From the human T2T-CHM13v2.0 reference genome, Homo sapiens, in the NCBI RefSeq assembly GCF_009914755.1, contig NC_060947.1: a stretch of DNA of 64,000 nt, one strand, 5' to 3'. Both the position numbers and the translations under genes were made by a program. Positions 46,649 through 61,021 of the stretch are shown piece by piece; within the stretch, counting starts at the first letter, position 1; each line of letters opens with the position of its first letter. Below the pieces are notes generated by a model. That model saw only the letters and a program-made list of their open reading frames with translations. It ran no database searches and had not been told where the DNA came from.

Positions 46649-47619
46649 CCATTAAACAATATTTATGAAGTGCCCAGACACCATATGCTGTATGAGGGCT
46701 TTTGGACCCCAAGAGAGAAGTAAAAGATTTGTTTTTCTCAGTGCAAAGAAGAACATTTTGTGATTTTTTTTTATTTGGTCATACATTTTTTTTCCTATCT
46801 TAAGATAATCCAACTTCATTTTTCTTCAATTGCTATTGCTTCTAAAAGGAAAAATGAAAACAATTGCAGAGCAAAATGCTTCTCGGCACCAATATTCTGC
46901 ATTGTCATTTCTCAGAAGTTCCAACAAAAGATTGGAAAGAAAATTTCGTTGGGCCAGTGAAGGAAGAGAGGGAATGACTCTCATCTTAGGCATCTAAGAA
47001 AGGCTTAGATGATCTTGAGTTTGAATTTGATGGGTGAGAGAGCAAAATAGCACACTTCCAAGTAATGTATTCTGCTAAGTTCAGTTTAGGGCCCTAAAAT
47101 GAAGGAGGGAGCCAGCAGAACTTTCTCCAGAAGTTTTCGGGCTTCCATGTTGCTTGGACTAAATAATTTGAACTTTAATCCAACAGGTGCCATAAAGGAA
47201 TGAACCTAATTGTTCTTCTGCCCCACCCATAGGGAATTTCCCAGCTAGTTTCTGGGCAAAAGGGAAAAAAGTTCCATCTTCGAAACAACCACAGTCATAG
47301 TCACAACCACAACCTCAAAACAAGGGATTCAAAAGCCATAAGTAGACAAAGTATCACCTAAAATCCTATGAAATGTCCCTTGCCTTCTTTCTTTTTTCTT
47401 GGTCCTGCCTTTCTTTTTCTTTCTTCATGTGGGTTTGTCCCATTCATTCTCCACCTGCATCCAGCAGCACTGCCAGCATTTCTGTTTGAGGACCTATGAG
47501 AGATATATGGGTGTGTAAGAACTTCAAGCAGACAGGAAGACATCTGCTCCTCCAACTGTTGCATGTGCAGGAGGGCAATGAAAAGCTTGATCATCAGACC
47601 TGCCCTTTAGTGAATGTTC

Positions 47620-47805
47620 ACCGTGCTTTGGGAAGGGCATATATCTTGTCTCTTTTAATCTTCAGCAGAACTCAGTGGGGTAGGTACTATTAATAGCATC
47701 CCCATTTTACAGGTGAGGAAACTGGGACTCTGGGGGGTTATGTAATGTGCTCAGGGTCACACAGTTAGGATGGGGTGGAGTTTGGATGCAAACACAGATC
47801 TGTCT
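47620..47805 (-). mobile_element. MIR
   Basis: catccccattttacaggtgaggaaactgggactctgggg...gctcagggtcacacagttag. Confidence 0.8.
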
Positions 47806-49012
47806 GCTCTGTTGGACCTGATGTCTTGAGATTTTTCTCTGACTCAAATTCCTAATCCATATGTTAAGTACTAAAACCTGCTCACTGTAGACTTGTGAAA
47901 GTTCTGCCTTACAAACATGTTTAGAATAGAAATTCTGGAGACCTTGGGGAATTGGTCTGCAAAGGCTGAAACAAATCTACGGATGATCAACAGCATCCTT
48001 CCTCCAGTTTTGGAGACTTTGGCCCTTTAGTGGGAAGCAGGAATCTGAGCACAAATATATTAGGCACATGTGCTTCAGTGGTGGTGCAATGACAGTTAAG
48101 AGAAAGTAAACTGGATCTGGAGAAACACTAGCAGGTAGGATCTGGATGTCATGTCTGAGCTGACCTCATTTACTCCCTGCATTTTACTGATGAGAAAACT
48201 GAGGCTGAGAGAGTGCCAGAGGGGTTACCAGGTGAATTAGTGGCAGATCATGGACTTGACTCTGGGTCTTCCAGCCCTGAATTATTCAGTCTGACTTTTG
48301 CTGCCTGATTTTTCCCTGGGACATTTCTTCTTTCTTGAGCATCATTGCTAGTGACAAGAATTGGTGGCAGCAGGCCTGGGAGCTGGGAGTGCGTGCTTCT
48401 ACACTTTAAGATGGAGGGCAAACAGAAGTGAGGACCATTTCTCTTGAGGTAACTTTGAGGAACTGAGGTCCAAAATAGTAGTGCTAATTACAACTATCAT
48501 TTTGCTGCCTTGATATGGCATTACCAGTTTGACTCAGTTGAAAAACTTAAGAAAGTGTAGACTGTTGTCTGTCATAAAGCAGCCATTTGATCCTAGTGCC
48601 TGATACTTAAATATCATCTGCAGTCCAAATCGGGGTGCATATGGCCATCTCAGGAAAGTCCCAGGTGACTCTTGTATCTGTCATAAAACCTAAGCACATT
48701 TGGACACAATTATCAACATTTCTCTTGTAATGAGTCTGATTAATCCATACAAACAGTTGAATGTACTGCTTATTAACAATCCCCATGTGAACACTTCACA
48801 GCAGTACTTTTATTTCCCCTGTTGAATGTCATAAGGTTTCCAGAGAAAATTCAATACAGCTTTGCAAAGAGAACCTGAAAAGATCACTAAGGTCTTACTT
48901 GGCCCTATTTGCTTTCTGTTGCTCATGTGTCACCCTCCCTGCTCCCACAGCATCTTATGAAAAAGCCTTTCTACGTTGAAGAAACACAAGAGCGGGCCAG
49001 CGGAGGCATTTT

Positions 49013-49190
49013 TTTTATTGTTTTTTTTATTATTATACTTTAAGTTCTAGGGTACATGTGCACAATGTACAGGTTTGTTACGTATGTATACATGTGCCAT
49101 GTTGGTGTGCACATAAATGACGAGTTAGTGGGTGCAGCACACCAACATGGCACATGTACACATATGTAATAAACCTGCACATTGTTCAGG
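49013..49190 (-). mobile_element. Very short L1PA 3'-end insertion with an overlapping inversion (fold-back)
   Basis: Poly-T tail and antisense L1 3'UTR, then the same segment in sense orientation; TSD ggaggcatttt at 49002-49012 and 49191-49201. Confidence 0.93.
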
Positions 49191-49646
49191 GGAGGCATTT
49201 TATAGGGGCTTCTTCATCCTGACTTTTGCATTTACATCTCATTCCTTTTCAGGCTCTGGATGGTTGGGCCGGTGCTAATTGGTGAAGCTGGTTTGACATT
49301 TAAATGAGTTGAGTAGCAGGTGGAGCAGCTGATGGGAGAAAGACCTCTGGGAAAGCCAGGGATGTGGCTGCTGGGGAGGGGGAAGAATCTGGTGGAGCTG
49401 TGTCTTCCAGAGGCTGCTAGCAGCAAAGAGTAAAACTCCCCTCCCCCACCTCGCCAGGCCTTGGGGCTCACACAGCCACCCAGATTCCTTATAATCTATG
49501 GCCACCAAACACCATTGGCACAGCCCATTTCAAGTAACCCTGAGCTATAAAAGTCCACATGCCCACAGATGTTCTATCTAAGAGGACAATTTTTTTCCCT
49601 TGTTAAGATGATTCGCTTTAAAAAAAGGAGTCACCATGAGAAATCC

Positions 49647-49977
<331 letters not shown>

Positions 49978-50491
49978 ATGGAATCCTGTTAAAAACAAAG
50001 CTCTAAGATAGCACTATCCTTGTGCTTGATGTGTACCACAAGACTGATGGTGAGGGCTTGGGTGGTCATGTTACTAGTAATGGACCAAAGTTTCAGTGAC
50101 TCAAGAAGTTTAAGCACATTCAGAGTTGACCCTCTATTGATGTTGCCCTCATTCAATCGCACCTGAACCTGTTTCCTGAAATGGCCGACAGTGAGGAGGT
50201 ATGACTAGAGATGTGGAAACAGCAGGGACTACAGTTTTGCCTATGCCTTTTTCATGCATGGATATGTCCCATAAGGCAGGAGAATCACTGTGAAGAAAAA
50301 AGATGGAGAGATGCTGCTCTTGAATATCAAGGGCACCTTTTGTGTTTGGTGTGAGGTAGTAGTAAAGATGGAGCTAAAAAATAAAAGAGAATAGAAAGAT
50401 ATGCCAGAATCTTGAATCAGTTCTGCTGCTAACAAGCTGTATGATGTCAGGCAAGTCATTAACCTTAATTGGAAATTAAAGGAAATTGCAT

Positions 50492-50760
50492 CAGATCCTT
50501 GCTACTCAATGTGTGGTCCATGGAACAGCAGCATCTATGTCACTGGGTTGCTTGTTAAAAATGCTGCCTCTGCCCCAACTCTACTGAATCAGAATTTGTA
50601 TGTTAACAAGATCCCATGTGAATTTATACACATTAAAATTTAAGAAGCATTGGACTAGATCATTGAGTCTTAACCCTGGCTGCACATTATAACCTAAGGA
50701 GTTTTAAATAAACACTGATGCCTGGCTCCAGCTCATATCAATTAAACCAGAATCTCTTCT
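50492..50760. mobile_element. MER5A followed by a MER5B-like fragment (hAT-Charlie)
   Basis: ctactcaatgtgtggtccatggaacagcagcatc...ctactgaatcagaat...aacaagatccc; then aaccctggctgcacatta...aaaccagaatctct. Confidence 0.75.
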
Positions 50761-51169
50761 GCTGATTCTATTGTATTTTATTTATTTTAATAAGCATTTA
50801 TATCCTGTTCACTTATGTGCCAGACACTGCTCAAAGTGCTTTACAAATATTAGCTTGTTTAATCCCCATTACAGCCCTATGAAGAATGGGCTATACCCAT
50901 TTTACAGATGAGTAATCTGAGGGACAATTTCCTGTTTAAGGACAAACAGGCATTCTTGCTATAGTGTTTGTGCACTTCACTTCCATACTATGAATTTGAT
51001 TATCTCTAAGTTCTGATCCAGCTCTGGCATTCAGCATCTACAAGTTTCCAAACTGTAACGGAAGGTTTAAAGTTGGGAGAAAACCAGGACCTGGGAGTGG
51101 AATGCTGCTATATTTCTGATATTTTGATGTGGTGTCTCTTGTATGCTGGCAGCATGAGGTGGGTCTCCT

Positions 51170-52010
<841 letters not shown>

Positions 52011-52029
52011 GCATCTCTCCCTTAGTGGC

Positions 52030-52920
52030 TGGATCTATGGAATGTGGGGAAAGGGGAACACAAAAATGAGATCTAGGTTTCTGCCTTAGCTCTTCTGTCT
52101 TAGGATTGTCATTCATTGAGATGGGGAAGATTGAGGGAGAGGCAAATTTATTGATATACTGTGTGGAGGGGGAGAGGGAGATTGATCCTCTGTTTAATTT
52201 AAGATTCAAGTGGAGAAGACAAGTAGGCAGTTGGATACATAAGTCTGGAGCTAGGATAGAGTTTGGAGCTCGAGATATAAATTTGAGAACCACCTTTGTA
52301 AAGAGGTTCTCTTTTCTTTCCTTCTTTTTTTTTTTTTTAAAAAAATACAAATCATGGGGCTACATGAGATTACCTAAGGAAAAAATATAGAAAAGAGAAG
52401 AGGGGCCTAGGACTCAACTCAGTCCTCAGTCACTCCCATATCAACAAGTTGTGAAGAGTAGGAGAATGATCCTGATAAAGAAGAAAGGGAAGCCACACAG
52501 GTAGGAGAAAACTCTGGGGAGTGAGGTGTCCCAGGAGCCAAGGGGAGAGAGAATTTCAAAAAAGAGGGAGCAGTCACGGGATTAAATGCTGTTGAGATGT
52601 TCAGTAAGATGAGGATTGAAAATTCACCATTGGACTTAACAAAACAGAGAAGGCCTGGAGAAAACATTGATATAGAGAATAAGGCAGGAAAGCCTGGAGC
52701 ACGTTAGAGGAATAGGAATTACTTAAATTTACCTTGAGTGTAGTGTATGTGAAAGGGGTGTTTTGTATTGGGAAATACAGTTGGAAATGTTGATTGGGAA
52801 CCAGGAAGTTAGAGGGCTTTGGCTGACAGGCTCATGTATTTTATTTGGAAGGCAGTGTGGGGTGGGCTGAGAGCACCAAGAGGTGTTTTGACAGGTGAGT
52901 ATCATGATCAGTCCTGCAGT
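52030..52920 (-). mobile_element. L2 fragments
   Basis: gtaggcagttggatacataagtctggagct and aaatgctgttgagatgttcagtaagatgaggattgaaaattcaccattggacttaac. Confidence 0.75.
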
Positions 52921-54252
52921 TTTGGAAGATGTGTCTGGAAGCAGACCATGAGAGCTTACCTTTTCCTCTGAAGAGTATAAGGCATTAGAAATCTCTCTTC
53001 CATTTAAACAAGTAAGTAATAAAGAGTCACATTCAAAAATCTGTTCAAATGCTTGGCAAAACAAGTGAGGTTTTATCTTTTCACTGTTCTGGAGTTCTGC
53101 AGTGCTTTGGGATAGCCATGGTCTTAGGTTAGTGCTCGGCAGCATCCTAACTCTAGTTTTCAAGCAGAGATTAAGAGGGTCAGGCAGACCAGTGACTTTC
53201 TTCCCTTTCTAGGCCTAGAGCCAATGGAGAGCACTCAGACACTAAGATCCTGGGGAAAGTTATGTACTTTAGCACTGAAGTCCTTATTGTAACTTCGTTT
53301 AGTTTTTCTGCATGACAATCACACATTTCGGGTCCTTAAACCCAGGATAGTTATTGAAGCCAATTACAATAGCAATTTTCCCCAAGATACTGACTTTGTT
53401 CTGCAAATGGCACATCCACAATTATATTATTTTTATGCGTCACCATAAAATACTAAGAGTCATCTAATGTATCACTGACAAGAGGTAAGTTTTAGAAAAT
53501 TTAACGTAAATTGGTAAAAAAGTTAGGTGACTCATTATTTTTCTTTTAGAACCAAAACAGCTGCTGCCTGTGATTGAAAATCACATCTGATTGGCTGGTA
53601 TCAGCATTTGGGTTATCAGCAAGGGAACTGGAAAAGAGCCCAAACTCATATTTTGTAATCTTTTTTTTTCAATCACTTTTCTCCATTATCCTTTGATCAT
53701 GGAATATAGCTGTGGCCTTCTGTGCTGGCAACTTTTCGGTCTTCTGCTTTCCCAGAAGAGGCCTCTCTCTTTTGTTTCTGATTCATGTACTTAATAACAT
53801 TTCTGAATATCGTCTCTGACATTAAACTAGTGCCATGTGGGGACAATGCCTAAAACCCAGGCTGTTGGTTAAAGGAATGGGATGAGATGGAGGAATTTCT
53901 CATTGCTGTTCTGAAAGGAGAGTTTGCCTATAATATGTAAAGAATGACTGTAAGGTCATGAGCTTGATTTTGACTTTTAAACTTGGGAGGCTGTATAGGT
54001 TACCTCTAAGGATGCTCCCATTCCTCAAAAGCCACCTGGAAACAGGCTTCCTTGGAATATCCCTTTTCCCTTCAGAGCCAATATACCAACCAAAAAAGAC
54101 AACCACGGCTTACTACTTTGGAGTCACAGGTGGTGCTTGCCTTAACTAACATAGTATCATTCAGCCTTCCACCCCAACCCTATTCCTACTCCCACCCCCA
54201 CCCCAGGCAGGCTCCAACAGATCTGGTTCCAAATAGCTTATGACTGTTTCCA

Positions 54253-54364
54253 AAACCCTATGCCCTTTCTCAAAAGATGAAGACGTGAAGCCATCAAGAA
54301 GGTTGCATGAAACCTTATGCCCTTTCTCAAAAGATGAAGACGTGAAGCCATCAAGAAGGTTGCA
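54253..54364. repeat. Tandem duplication, two 55-bp copies (period 57)
   Basis: 54253-54307 and 54310-54364 differ at one base and are separated by TG. Confidence 0.97.
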
Positions 54365-54699
54365 GGGTTGGGCTGCAGGTCCTGAAGGCAGTTTCCCAGG
54401 GGGTTTTCTCTCTGGGGAGTGGAGGGCCTCTTGAGGGGATCAGCATATCAAAGAACACCCTTGTGTCAATGGTTAAGGTCAACGTCATCTTCCTTAGGAA
54501 TTTTAAACATATAATAACTTTATTCCTTTTTTAATTACAAAAGTAGTCCATGTCCATTGTGGAAATTTTAGAAAACACAGTCAAAAGGAAGAAAATACAA
54601 TGTATTAATAATACACTCCCTATCCAGAGATAGTCTCTGTTCAGATTTTGGTGGCTATTTTCCAAGACATTTTTCTAGACACAACACACACTCACAGAT

Positions 54700-55260
54700 A
54701 TATATCCATCATTAAGTGCTGTCAGTTTTACTTCTTAAATTTATCTTTATGCTTTATTTCTGCTTCCTCAATTACTACCACAATCGAAACATCTCTCACT
54801 TGGACAACTGCAATCGCTTCCTAACTGGAATTCCTGCTTCTGCCCTTGCCCTTCTCCAAACCCTTTTCCATTGTGTGGCCACTGTGGCCTTTTAGAAACA
54901 CAGATGAAAGTCCTTAGAATCCTCTAAGGAGTCTTGTTATGAGGATAGAGACAAAACTTCTATGGCCTACTAGGACCTCGTGATCTGTCCACTGTTTTCA
55001 GCCTTGCCTTCCCTATCATTCCCTGCACTCCAGCCACTCTGGCTTTCCGTCATTTCCTTAACCTATTTTTCATCTTGAAGTCTTTGCCCTAGCAATTTTT
55101 CCAGAATGCTCTCTTCTGTTTTTTTTTTTTCTTTTCTTTTCTTTTCATGACAGGCTCCTTCTTATTCTTTAGGTCTCAGTCTACATATTGCTTCCTCAGA
55201 GGTCCTCCCTGGCCACTCTAACCAAATCAGGCCCTCCCTATTATCTTATTTCCCGCTATG
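54700..55260 (+). mobile_element. L2 fragment
   Basis: catctctcacttggacaactgcaatcgcttcctaactgg...cactccagccactctggctttc...ggtctcagt...tcctcagaggtcctccctggcca. Confidence 0.7.
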
Positions 55261-55619
55261 GCTGAGTCTAATCAGAACCTACCCTACCTGCCTTGGCCTG
55301 GCAGGAGTTTTCAGCTAGGGGGCAAAGGGAAAACACTGTTGGAATTGAGCAATCCCAAGATTGACCCTCAAAGTCCTGCCTTACTCTCACATATTTTCCA
55401 GTTTCTGATTCTTCTGGGCCCTCACTGGTCTTCCTGCTGTACCCTCCTGGTCTCTGAGCTATTCCAACCTATTTTCTGACATAGCCCCAGGATTAAATAC
55501 ATTTATTGCCCCTGACATCTAAATTCTGTTCTCTTCTACTGGCACTTGGCTCTTCTTTCCAGGGAATTCACAGAAATCTTGGGAGGGCAATGGGATTTCC
55601 AAAATTTATGGAAGACGAG

Positions 55620-56285
55620 TTATACATTCCATACAATGGTAAACTGCTCAGTAATAAAAATGAGTGAACTACTGATACATGCAATAGTATGGATGAGTCT
55701 AAAAAACATGTTGAGTGAAAGTAGAAAGACATAATTGATTACAGACTACGATTCCATTTACAAGATGTTCTAGAATAAACAAAACTCATATATGGTGAAA
55801 AAATGTAACAGTGGTTACCACTGGTGGGTGGGTAGGGGTTACTAGATGAGAGGGTGGCATAAGGAACCTTGCTAGGGTGATAAAAATGTTCTATACCTTG
55901 GTAAAGTTTGGGTTATACTGGTTTATGCATTTGTCAAAATTCATTGAATGATACACTTAAGATGGATAAAAAATTTTGAACTCTAGTTCAAAATGCGTGC
56001 TGTAGTGTTTTGGGGTGAAGTGTACTGATGTTTGCAATTTACTTGGAAATACTTCCATAAGTAAGATAGATAGATTAATGGATGGATAGATGTGTGATAA
56101 AGTTAATATAGCAGAGTGTTAATTGTGGAATATAGGTTATGGGTATATGTGTGTGTTATTACACAATTCTTTTATAATTTTTGGTATTTTTGATATGATA
56201 AGTATTTCAGTATTATTGATATTTTTATCAAAAATATCAATTATAAGGTTTTATCATTTTAATAATAAAATATTGGGGAAAATGC
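55620..56285 (+). mobile_element. Old L1M (MC/ME) 3' fragment
   Basis: aatgagtgaactactgatacatgcaatagtatggatgagtct...gattccattt...cagtggttacc. Confidence 0.75.
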
Positions 56286-56814
56286 CCTAGACTGAAAACC
56301 TCTCTGCAGTATAAAACCTTTTGTAAAGTAAATAATTATTGGGTACTGGGAATGATTTCTACTTAATTTATCTGCTTCAGAGTATAGAGAGTATTTTGAA
56401 AGAAAGGCCCATCTCTAAAGGGTATATAGATAAAGAAATGAGGTCTTAACAAAGTAATTATGCCAGCCTCAGGAAGCTGGGAGCCAGGGAGGTACTTTGC
56501 AAATCACTGAGAAACAGAAACCAGGGTGTGTCTGTACGCGTAGAGGGGATCAGGGATTCCCGACTCAGAGTCCAAACCACCTAAAACTGAGCCTTCCTTG
56601 CCACCTAAACTCCAGGCTCAAAAAGAAGTAAGTGAGTTTGGCAAACTCATTGGCCTCACAGCCTCAGAATGGGGTTGTTCCAGAAGCTTTGAGACCAGTT
56701 TCCTTGAACTTTAGGGTCACCTTTCTGCACTTTTCTATCCGGAAAAAATGGGAGGGAACAAAAATGCTCAGAGAGTCTGAAAACTCCCTGGTCTTCAATA
56801 TCCTGGGAACTCTG

Positions 56815-56950
56815 CTAGACTATAAGCTACGTGAAGGCAGGGACACAATCTGTCTTGTTCAACACGGTTTCCTTGGCACTCAACACAGAGCCTGGTACCA
56901 TAGTTAGCACTCAACAAATACCCACTCAATGTATGAATGTTTCGCTGAGT
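56815..56950 (+). mobile_element. L2 3' end
   Basis: ctagactataagctacgtgaaggcaggga...acagagcctggtaccatagttagcactcaacaaata...aatgtatgaatg. Confidence 0.8.
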
Positions 56951-58609
56951 GAATAATATTTGTTGATTCCTACATTGCTAATTTCTAGTCATCATTCAAG
57001 TCTCAGGTCAACTGCCACTTCCTCCAAAAGTCAGTCCCTGAATTCCCCCTTACCATCCCAGGCCATGTTAAGCCCTTCTTTTATGCACTTCTTTAGTTAT
57101 TCTTCTAATCATTTAGTGCATTTTTAAATGATAGTTTTGATGTCTATTTTCCCCCCTTGCCTGTAAGTCCCATGAAAGCAGGGATGGTGTGCATCTTTGT
57201 TACCGCTGCACACTTAGTGTCCAGTATAGGTGATACATAGATTTAATGAATAGGTGCAGTCTTTCCCTCATCTGGGTAAATTATTCTACCATGTGTTTTT
57301 GCTCTGCTTTTCCCAGCAGAAATTTGGGAACTAGAGAACCAGAGGCATGGCATTTAACTCCTTGACTCCTTTGTTTTGCTGGGCACAGAATGGATATAAA
57401 TCAAGCACGGTTCATGATGGCTCCATCATGAAACACAGTGATGCTTCTTCTCTCTGGGGACAGCTGACACTGAGGTTCTGCCTACAATACACAATGATCA
57501 AACAGATTTAATAGGGACTAAACCCACAGATGTAAATATCAGTGGTCTAGTCTGACAGAAGGCCTTTTAATGGATCATATCAAACTATTGCCAAAGCCAG
57601 GCTCAGCCATGTTAAGAGGAGGTTAAGTAGAGACAGTTAAATCAGCCAATGTGGTTTTTGGCCCTTGGTTCTCATCTCTGCCCCTACAAATCCCAGGGTT
57701 AGCTAGGAGTGATTGGAGACTTGTCTGAAAGCTGCCCAGTAGCTGGGGGCAGTGGCTATAGAATAAAATTATCTTCTTCAGACGGCAGTCCAGGAGAGGC
57801 CTGGGGATTGGGGACCATCTGCCCTGGTGTGGCTTCAGGCACTGTCATGCAATGTGGCCTGTGGACAGAAAGAGTACAGGAGGTAGAGCCTCAAGAAGAA
57901 TGCCCTCTAGCTCCAGGAAGACATCCTGCTTATGCTGTTACAGGACCCGATGCCGATGTAGACTAGTTCCTGATGTAAATGAACCCGGGGGCTGTGGGAC
58001 AGGCTCCTAGTACCACTCTTAATTTCCCTAATGATCTGCTTCCATGTGCCATGTGGAGCCACAAAAAAGGGGATAGCTTGTGCCAAAAAAGAGAAACTAC
58101 TGTTGAAAACGCCCTAGTAAGACCTTCACTTAGGATTTTTTTTCTCCCCTTTGAAAACATATAACTTAAGTAGCAAGTATAACCTTGACTAGGATGACCA
58201 CATAATTTATTGTCCAAACCATGACCCTTTTGAAAGTGAAAGAGGACCCTGTTGATAATTATGCTGGGCCACAAACCTAACCTGAGACTATCCCAGGCAG
58301 TTTGGGATGTATGGGACCTGCAGCCTTGACCATCATCTTGGATGAGCTTTAAAGCTCTCTTGGACCCTGGCATCTAGCCATGTGGAATGTTTCAGATGGT
58401 TGATAATCTGCAGTAGGAAGGCAGAGCAGCTGGGCAGATCTAACAGCAGAGTCTGTGAGCAGCAGAGTCACAGAGCCATCTAGCCAACTGATGATGAGCA
58501 TCTGCTGTGTGGACAGGACTGTTTGGTCATCCATCAATCACTTTTCATGCTCAGAGCTGTATGCACAAGCAGGATGACTGTCAGCAGACTAGTCTTCAAA
58601 TGTAAATAA

Positions 58610-58915
58610 CGGCGGCTTACCATCACAGAATGCTTCCTATGTGCTAGGCATTGTGCTAAGCACTCCTTATACCTTAGGTCCTACTGTATATTTGTTGATG
58701 TTCATAGCAAAGCCTTCCATATAGAAAGATTTTTGTATTTAGTGATTACCTTTATATTTACTGTCTTATTTGATCCTCACAACAATCCAAGGAGGTAGGT
58801 GTTCCTATTCCAATGGCCAGATGAGGAAAGTGAGGCTTACCAGATAAAATAGCTTGTAAATAACTGCTAGAACTGGGACTTAAATCCAGGTATGTTCGAC
58901 TGCAAATTCTATACT
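58610..58915 (-). mobile_element. MIR
   Basis: tatgtgctaggcattgtgctaagcac...tgatcctcacaacaatccaaggaggtagg...cagatgaggaaagtgaggct. Confidence 0.75.
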
Positions 58916-58944
58916 CTTTTTTGATATCACACTTAGTTAATGTG

Positions 58945-60450
58945 TTAATTCAACAAATATTTGCAAGTTAGACACCATGTGGCAAAGACTGTGCTAAGTG
59001 CTAGGTGTATAAATATGCATTGGGCAGTGGGCTCAAGCTGTGAAAAGGTAGAAACATTTTCTGCCTCAAACAGCTCCTTTAGCAGGAGAGACAGGCACAC
59101 AAACACATAATTTGAATACAATAGACTCGACACCATACTCTACATAATATTTCAATGAAATATAAAATACACAATAATATTGTATGATATATTAATATCA
59201 TATGAACTACATTTATATATTCTATTATGTTTCTATTTTATAAATAAATATGTAAGATATGTACAAAGTGCTGTGGGAGCACAGCAGAGAGGAACCTGAG
59301 AAGGTTTCACAGAGAGGGTAACATTTAGGATGGGCTTTGGAGGGTACCTAGGAGTTCGTCAGGCAGAGAAGTGAGGGAACCAAGCCCACACTTGGTGGAA
59401 GGAATAGACTGTGAAAAGGCACAGGAGAGAATGAGATGTTTGGAAAACAGCAAGCAGGTTGATGAGTCTTCCTCTGTGAAAATGGCCCACTTGAGGATTT
59501 ACAGGTAAATTTATATGATACCTGAGGTTTGCTTTAAAATGCTCCAGAAAAACCAAAGTGTGTGGAATGGGGAGGAGAGGAAATAGATAAAACAAGAATG
59601 ACAGGAATTGGATAATTTTGAAGCAGCAGGATGATAAGTATAGGGAGATTAATTTTAGTATGCTTTTCACTTTTGCATATGCCTGAAATTTTCCATAGTA
59701 AAATCTTTTTTGAAAGAAAAAAAGCAGTTTGGTGGAGATGGCACAAAGAAAGGGTGGAGGGAAGTGTTCAAATGTGAGGCCGATGAACTAAGTGGCATGG
59801 TTGCTGTGAGGGTGGGAGGGCAGAAAATGAAAGGTCCTCACAAGCCAGGCTAAGTATTCGGGACTTAATCCAGTATTTAATAGGGAGACATTAAAGGATT
59901 TTAATCATGGAGTTGACAAACTCATTGCATATTTAGAAGAGATCATTGGCTCTGTATAGGAATGGATTATGAGGCAGGGATTGGAGAGGTGGGGAAGCAG
60001 GTCCAGGTAAGAAGTGATGGGGGCCCAGGCAATTAAGGAAAAAGAGGTCAGAGTTACAGTCTTTGGGTTTTCTTCTGAGTACAATGGGAAATCACTGGAG
60101 GGTTTTAGGCAGGGACCAAATATGATTTGATTTACATTTTTAAAAGATCCCTTGAGCTATTATGTGGAATCTGGACCAGGGAAGGGTGGGCACGGGTAGA
60201 AGTGGGGAGACTGATGAAGCCTTTTGCCAAAGTCCAGATGATGTGACTTGGATTCGATTAGTGGCAGTAGAGTTGACAGGAGTAGATGGATCTGAGACAT
60301 ATTTAGGAAATTGAATTGGTGGGAATTGGAAATGGATAGATTTGCTGTGTTGTAGAAGAGGGAGAAATAAAGGATATCTCCCAGGTTTCTGGAGTAAAGA
60401 CTTAGGTGGAAGGTGGTGCCATTTACTAAAGTAGGACACAGGGAGGAAAT
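58945..60450 (-). mobile_element. L2 fragments, with an old L1 piece at ~59490-59710
   Basis: Antisense L2 3' end (attcaacaaatatttg...gtgctaagtgctagg) and body (gggaaatcactggagggttttaggcaggg...tgatttgatttacattttaaaagatc). Confidence 0.7.
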
Positions 60451-60950
60451 GAGGAGTCTACCATGTGAAAGAAAATGGCAGCTGGCAAAGGTTTTCAAGA
60501 GGGAATACCTTTCTGAAACTTGAAATAAATTTCAGTGGATTTTGGTAGTGCATATAGGTTACAGAAAAATGTACTTAGACTGTGAGTCCTGCAGTTCCTA
60601 CAACCAATACTCATTAGAGTATATTATTTATTACTTTATTGCATAAAAGAGCTAATTATCAAAAAAATATGAAAAGTTTAGCAATCATCCAGGCTTCATT
60701 TTATGAATGTTCAGAGAAGAAATGATTTGTACAAAGTTACAGTAAGTTTGTGACAGGTCAAGGTCTACAAGCCAAGTCTCTTGGCACCCAATTTTGTTTT
60801 CTTTCTGCACAGAAATTTATATTCTTTCTGAGTTCTTTCTGAATTAGAATTGACTGTGTTCTTGACCCTTTTCTCCCTGTCTCCTTGGACCCCTTTTCTC
60901 TGCCTAAGTGTGTGTATATAAGCAAATATATGAGAAATGCCATCTAACTC

Positions 60951-60969
60951 CTTTCTTTCTTTCTCTTTT

Positions 60970-61021
<52 letters not shown>

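Noticed and set aside
54253-54364. CRISPR-like or regularly spaced repeat
   Set aside because: Only two adjacent copies with a 2-nt spacer, in primate DNA with no cas genes.
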